NCBI GenBank assembly: GCA_964405295.1
Contig: CAYONI010000001.1
Coordinates: 106,422-170,421, forward strand
Source: an uncultured Methanosarcinales archaeon
Lineage (GTDB): Archaea; Nanobdellota; Nanobdellia; Woesearchaeales; CAYZNE01
Reading direction: 5' to 3'
DNA: 64,000 bases
Shown: positions 59,495 to 64,000 of the stretch, in pieces
How positions within the stretch are numbered: the stretch's first letter is position 1
Layout: each line of letters begins with the position of its first letter
Program-made: the position numbers and the translations under genes
The notes under the pieces: model-generated
Told to the model about the DNA's origin: nothing
Seen by the model: only the letters and a program-made list of their open reading frames with translations
Databases searched by the model: none

Positions 59495-59725
59495 ATGGAA
59501 CAAAGTAGACCATTAGATGCATTAAATAATGCAAGAAACAAAAGAGTAATTGTAGAATTAAAAAACCATAAAAGATACATTGGTAAGCTTAATGCTTTTG
59601 ATATTCACATAAATGTAGTTCTCTATGAAGCTGAGGAATACAATGAAAACGGTGAATTAACAAGAAAACTAGGAATTGTCTTCCTAAGAGGAGACACAAT
59701 AACACTTATTTCCCCAGCAGTTTAA
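59495..59725 (+). CDS. Sm-like archaeal protein (LSm).
   Basis: Sm1 and Sm2 pattern RVIVELKNHKRYIGKLNAFDIHINVVL...IVFLRGDTITLI. GGAGGT Shine-Dalgarno. Confidence 0.8.
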   Translation: MEQSRPLDALNNARNKRVIVELKNHKRYIGKLNAFDIHINVVLYEAEEYNENGELTRKLGIVFLRGDTITLISPAV

Positions 59726-59733
59726 GGTAGAAA

Positions 59734-59886
59734 ATGACAAAAGGAACACCCTCTATGGGTAAACATTCAGGGAAAAAAACTCACATTAAATGTAGACGAT
59801 GTGGTAAGGTAACTTATCATGCATCACATAAGGTGTGTAGTAGTTGTGGCTATGGTAATTCTGCAAAGCTAAGAAAACACATTTAA
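59734..59886 (+). CDS. rpl37e: Ribosomal protein L37e (eL37), 50 aa.
   Basis: [40 protein letters not shown] matches the eL37 zinc-ribbon consensus. It lies immediately downstream of LSm, the conserved archaeal pairing. Confidence 0.75.
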   Translation: MTKGTPSMGKHSGKKTHIKCRRCGKVTYHASHKVCSSCGYGNSAKLRKHI

Positions 59887-59912
59887 ATTTTTATTATTTT
59901 TATACTTTTTTT

Positions 59913-59996
59913 GTGGGAGTGCCGGAGCGGTCAAACGGGATAGGCTTAGGACCTATTGGCTTAGTGCCTACACGTGTTCAAATCACGTCTCCCACA
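59913..59996 (+). tRNA. tRNA-Leu (anticodon UAG), class II with a long variable arm.
   Basis: Acceptor GTGGGAG/CTCCCAC. 3-bp D-stem. Anticodon stem ATAGG/CCTAT with loop CTTAGGA. Variable arm GGC-TTAGT-GCC. T-arm ACGTG-TTCAAAT-CACGT. Confidence 0.7.
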
Positions 59997-60089
59997 TTGT
60001 TCTATACATTTATAATATTCTCTTTAAAAGCACTTAGAAAGATTTAAATAAGTCTAAACAATTACAATAGTTATTTGGGGGTTATAAAT

Positions 60090-61205
60090 ATGAATAAAAA
60101 ATTACTAGTATTTCTCATACTTTTCACATTACTACTAAGCTTTAATGTTTCTGCAGCAATATTTATTACTAGTAGCGACCTTAATATCACTGAAGAAGTT
60201 ACGCAAAATCTATACGCAATTGGAGGGAATATAAACATTTCTGCACCAATAGAAAGAGATTTAGTGTTAATTGGTGGAGAAATAGAGATAAATTCTCCTG
60301 TTAAACGAGATTTTTCTGCAATTGGATCAAATATTGTAATTAATAAAGACATAAAAGAAGATCTTAGAATTATCGGATCAAACATCAATATTAATAGTGA
60401 TCTTGAGGGTGATGTTATTATTATTGGAGCTAAAGTATTTATCTCAAAAGATGTAAAAATAGATAAAAAAGCAATAATTATTGCAGGTGAAGTTGAAATT
60501 AATGGTGTTCTGATTGACGGTGTAAAAATTACTGCCTCAAAGGTTATTATTAATGGAGAAATTTACGGTGACAATGTAATCAATACAGATAAATTAGTTT
60601 TTGGTAATAATGGTTTAATTAAAGGGACATTAAATGTTAGTAAAAATGCAGATTTTAACGACATAGAAAAAGTTCAAGGAACAATTAATTTTATTGAAAA
60701 ACAAGTAAAAGAACGATCTACTTTTGCGAGTATATATAACTTCTTAGCATTATTTGTATTTGGCTTAGTATTTATGTGGTTATTTGGCAAGGTGATTGAT
60801 AGATCAGACGCTTTTATCGTTAATAATACCTTAAAATCACTAATCGTAGGATTAATTGCTTTTATTTTTATACCAATTCTTGCATTTATTTTATTAATAA
60901 CAATCATTGGTTTACCTATAGCACTAATATTATTTGCATTATATTTAGTTATGATTTTGTTTAGTTTTATCATAATTCCTTATAGAATTGGCAGAATTAT
61001 AATGGGATTATTTAATGTAAATAACAGGATTTTATGCTTGCTTGTTGGTCTAGTAATATTCTTAATTCTTATAGCATTACCTTACCTTGGAGGACTAGTT
61101 GTGTTCTTAAGTCTAATTATTGGAAGTGGAAGTTTTATCTTATTATTCACTAAGCAATCGGTGACGAAGAAAAAGTCCAAAAGAAAAAAGACAAAAAGAA
61201 AATAA
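60090..61205 (+). CDS. Secreted bactofilin-like (beta-helical repeat) domain anchored by a C-terminal 4-TM bundle with a Lys-rich tail.
   Basis: Signal peptide MNKKLLVFLILFTLLLSFNVSA. Repeats IGGNINISAPIERDLVLIGGEIEINSPVKRDFSAIGSNIVINKDIKEDLRIIGSNININSDLEGDVIIIG. TM helices after aa ~215. GGGGGT Shine-Dalgarno. The track start at 60075 is a TTG. Confidence 0.55.
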   Translation: MNKKLLVFLILFTLLLSFNVSAAIFITSSDLNITEEVTQNLYAIGGNINISAPIERDLVLIGGEIEINSPVKRDFSAIGSNIVINKDIKEDLRIIGSNININSDLEGDVIIIGAKVFISKDVKIDKKAIIIAGEVEINGVLIDGVKITASKVIINGEIYGDNVINTDKLVFGNNGLIKGTLNVSKNADFNDIEKVQGTINFIEKQVKERSTFASIYNFLALFVFGLVFMWLFGKVIDRSDAFIVNNTLKSLIVGLIAFIFIPILAFILLITIIGLPIALILFALYLVMILFSFIIIPYRIGRIIMGLFNVNNRILCLLVGLVIFLILIALPYLGGLVVFLSLIIGSGSFILLFTKQSVTKKKSKRKKTKRK

Positions 61206-61490
61206 TTCCATTTTTCGGTGCCAATAAATTAAAATTTATTGAGCATTTTATTTTTGATTTTTGATTAAAACCTTTAAGCGATCTTTTTTATATCTAACAA
61301 TCAATATATTGTTAGACCAATAAATAGTATAATCAATAAATAGATTAACCAATAAATCAACAATTTTTCTGCGCTTAAAACTTTTAGTTTTTTATTAAAA
61401 CTTTTAGAATCAAATTTTTAGAGAAAACATATTGGTTAATCGATACATTTAAAAACAAAAACACATTAAATAAAAGATAGGGGTTTTAAT

Positions 61491-61820
61491 TTGAGTACAA
61501 AAAAAGAATCTAAAGACGAAGATAACGACCAATTAATAGAATTTAAAGGATTTCTAAGTTTTTTTATACTACATGAATTAAACAAAAAGAGTTTATGCGG
61601 TGATGAACTTGCACTAATGATTGGCAACAGAAAGAAAGACAAATTAACCCCTGGAACAATCTACCCAACACTAAAGAGATTAAGAAAATTAAAGTTATTA
61701 AAGTATAAAAAAGACGGTAGAAAAAAGAACTATTTCTTAACAGATCTCGGTAAGCAAGAGCTTGAAAAGATGTATAAAGTTTTAAAACACTATTTCAAAG
61801 GTATTAAGGCGAAGCTTTAA
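61491..61820 (+). CDS. PadR-family winged-helix transcriptional regulator.
   Basis: FLSFFILHELNKKSLCGDELALMI....LTPGTIYPTLKRLRKLKLLK matches the PadR consensus. Confidence 0.55.
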   Translation: MSTKKESKDEDNDQLIEFKGFLSFFILHELNKKSLCGDELALMIGNRKKDKLTPGTIYPTLKRLRKLKLLKYKKDGRKKNYFLTDLGKQELEKMYKVLKHYFKGIKAKL

Positions 61821-61845
61821 ATATACATTCTAATTCTCGCAGTTT

Positions 61846-62520
61846 ATGGCAGAAACAAAAAAAACACCAGATTTTACAATTACAGTACAAACTATTTTTC
61901 CATATAAACTTCTTCCATACTTTGTAGATAAACATCTAGATAACCTATATCTTGGGTTTGCATTAAACAAAAAACATCCAATAAAAAAAGGGTTGGAAAG
62001 TATATATACTGGGATAGGAGATTCTTTTAATACTAAATATAAAAGTGAACTATTCTATCTTGAACTTAAATATAATGCAGAAGGAATATTAAGAATACAC
62101 AACAGATTATTAAAAAACCCTGAAGATATAGGAATTGTAGTTGCACAATATGTAAATAATATTGCAGATGCAGGTATATTAATTGGTGAAGAATGTGATC
62201 CTAAACTGATTAGAGAAAGAATAGAAAGAAGTATATCTGGGGCTGAACACATAATAAAACAGATTAATCAAGGAATTGATTATGAGCTACCAATTGCTTG
62301 TTTGTTAAAACAGGGCATTGAACATTTAGCTGAACTTACTGAGACTAATGAAGAATTCAAAGAATGTAGTGAAATTTTAAATAAAATCAAAAAAGGATAT
62401 GATTACAGAAGCAAAATTCATAGTAGAATTTGCACAACAAAACCAAAAATACAAAATGGGCCAGAAGTTGGACTTCATTGTTATATAATTCCACGAAGTT
62501 GGGTTTACCAAAATAAATAA
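61846..62520 (+). CDS. Hypothetical protein, 224 aa.
   Basis: ORF only. Confidence 0.4.
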   Translation: MAETKKTPDFTITVQTIFPYKLLPYFVDKHLDNLYLGFALNKKHPIKKGLESIYTGIGDSFNTKYKSELFYLELKYNAEGILRIHNRLLKNPEDIGIVVAQYVNNIADAGILIGEECDPKLIRERIERSISGAEHIIKQINQGIDYELPIACLLKQGIEHLAELTETNEEFKECSEILNKIKKGYDYRSKIHSRICTTKPKIQNGPEVGLHCYIIPRSWVYQNK

Positions 62521-62668
62521 CCAAATCTTATCAAATAACCCCTCCCTTTTCATACGAATATTGTATTTGAGCAAGTTTCTTGATTTTATTTATAAAAGAA
62601 CAGCTCTTTTCTTATAATTTTTACTATGCTTCAGAAAATAGTTCTGATAATGTATATTATGCGAAGTA

Positions 62669-63466
62669 TTATGGTATTCTTAAATTTTCAGGAACATATT
62701 TATACGAGTTTCTAATTTTACCCATATTGCTCAAAGTAACATCTTGGGGTTTTCCTAAAATATCTGAAACCCTATTAAGAAAATCAATATACTCAGAACT
62801 AACACTAAATTGATCAACAATAGGCAAGTAAACAACATTATTTTCGGAATCTTTAGCTTCCTTGTATCTAGCTGGAAAAAATCCAGGCCGATCCATTGTT
62901 ACAATATGTTTTGTAGGTATTGGAATAACAATTCCTTTATTAATAATTTCTTTATAAGAATCATTTAAGGGTTGATTCCTTCTTTTAAGTTTTGAATCCT
63001 CAATACCAATAGTTTTGTATTCAATAGAGTTATATATTTGATTTCTAAAATTCTCAATATTATCTTTGGTAAAATCAACATTAAGACCATAAGTTTCAAT
63101 TGTTTTATCATTAGCATATTGCATTTTTGCTGCATTAAACTGCTTGTAAACCCTACATAAAGAATTCCCACTAATAACTTCATCTATAGACAAGAAACGT
63201 CCTCCATCAGGAGCTTCATCATGAATGATATTCTTAAAAACTCCTCTTAAAACTTCTCTTAATTTATGAACTTTATTTGATGCAGGAACATATTTTACTT
63301 TCTCATTAGGAAAATCAGAATCAATTATATTCATAACATCAATAAAAGGAATGCTTCCAAACATAGGCGCAATTATTATGTCTGGATTTTCTTTGATTAT
63401 TTTATTATTAGCAATAGATAAAGATTTTACAAAATCTTCAACTATATCATAATTATTTGGGTCCAT
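62669..63466 (-). CDS. Hypothetical protein with a phosphoribosyltransferase-like motif.
   Basis: FLSIDEVISGNSL resembles the type-I PRTase PRPP loop (hhhhDDvhtTGxT). The rest is unassigned. Confidence 0.35.
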   Translation of the reverse strand: MDPNNYDIVEDFVKSLSIANNKIIKENPDIIIAPMFGSIPFIDVMNIIDSDFPNEKVKYVPASNKVHKLREVLRGVFKNIIHDEAPDGGRFLSIDEVISGNSLCRVYKQFNAAKMQYANDKTIETYGLNVDFTKDNIENFRNQIYNSIEYKTIGIEDSKLKRRNQPLNDSYKEIINKGIVIPIPTKHIVTMDRPGFFPARYKEAKDSENNVVYLPIVDQFSVSSEYIDFLNRVSDILGKPQDVTLSNMGKIRNSYKYVPENLRIP

Positions 63467-63570
63467 CTTTAATAAATAATCTTACTTATTTATAAACTTT
63501 TCTATTAATAACCACTATAAAGTAGTAAAATAAAATATTTATAAATAAGCTAGGATATAGAAAAATTACA

Positions 63571-63804
63571 ATGAATTATGCAATAATAAAAAACTATCTA
63601 AAAGAAGCAAGAATTGTAATTCCTGAGACAAAATTAGTTAATATAGGAGGACAAGAAATAACAATAACTGATTTCAAATCACAAGTTTACAAAGACTTTA
63701 AATCATATTCCTCATTAGATTTAAGAAATCTTGAATCTGGAAAAGAAATTTGCGTTACTTGTAAGTATAACAATTCAAAGATAGATATAACACACAAATT
63801 ATAA
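63571..63804 (+). CDS. Hypothetical small protein, 77 aa.
   Basis: ORF only. Confidence 0.3.
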   Translation: MNYAIIKNYLKEARIVIPETKLVNIGGQEITITDFKSQVYKDFKSYSSLDLRNLESGKEICVTCKYNNSKIDITHKL

Positions 63805-63849
63805 TCTAAAACAAACAACCTTTATAAATAAACTTCGCATAATAATGAT

Positions 63850-64000
63850 AATGAGCGAACAATACAATGATCATATGCAGAAATTAGATGTAGAACTTAA
63901 ACTCAGAGGATTCTCACCACACACAATAAGAGCATATCTGAGATACAACAAACAATTCCTAGAATTCATTAAAAAAGACCCAAAAACTATCAATAATGAT
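63850..64000 (+). CDS. Tyrosine recombinase (XerA/XerC/D-like integrase). Only the N-terminus is present; the gene is truncated by the window end.
   Basis: MSEQYNDHMQKLDVELKLRGFSPHTIRAYLRYNKQFLEFI matches the integrase N-terminal SAM-like core-binding motif (S..T..aY...l..F). Confidence 0.5.

Noticed and set aside
1-64000. rRNA genes, CRISPR arrays, cas genes, transposase/IS elements, restriction-modification or toxin-antitoxin pairs.
   Set aside because: I found no sequence features or protein motifs supporting any of these in this window. The only recombinase-like gene is the partial one at 63850.

Overview
The window is AT-rich (visibly ~30% GC) and has the gene content of a small-genome, DPANN-like archaeon. 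Archaeal markers are a compact family-B DNA polymerase, a TFIIE-alpha (TFE) homologue, an LSm–ribosomal protein L37e pair, Nog1 GTPase, a ZPR1 zinc-finger protein, a PRC-barrel protein, an Lrp/AsnC regulator and class-III (pilin-type) signal peptides. I support about 60 coding regions and 4 tRNAs: Gln-UUG; Val-GAC; Arg-CCU with a putative 17-nt intron; Leu-UAG. I found no rRNA and no CRISPR array. Genes are tightly packed; ATGA and TAATG start/stop overlaps and purine-rich Shine-Dalgarno sites mark operons. The main blocks are as follows. (i) An operon of a zinc-ribbon protein, an Orc1/Cdc6-like P-loop ATPase, a 546-aa unknown protein and a ThyA-fold protein lying upstream of PolB. (ii) tRNA-Gln followed by two tandem single-gene cassettes, each bounded by copies of the tRNA 3' end. 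(iii) A cluster of large secreted or surface proteins, one carrying a perfect 285-bp tandem duplication. (iv) Isoleucyl- and leucyl-tRNA synthetases, an RNase J-like beta-CASP nuclease, a NhaP-type antiporter, KsgA, a UvrD-like helicase and a SelU-like protein. (v) A bacterial-style fermentation island: a trimeric [FeFe]-hydrogenase (HydC/HydB/HydA-like), phosphotransacetylase and acetate kinase, a rubrerythrin-like protein, pyruvate:ferredoxin oxidoreductase (PFOR) and aldehyde:ferredoxin oxidoreductase (AOR). (vi) An ABC-2 transporter whose permease tail shares an uncharacterised domain with a nearby small protein. (vii) tRNA-Leu followed by accessory genes and a partial tyrosine-recombinase gene at the window edge. 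All functional calls come from motif recognition by eye. No database search was run.
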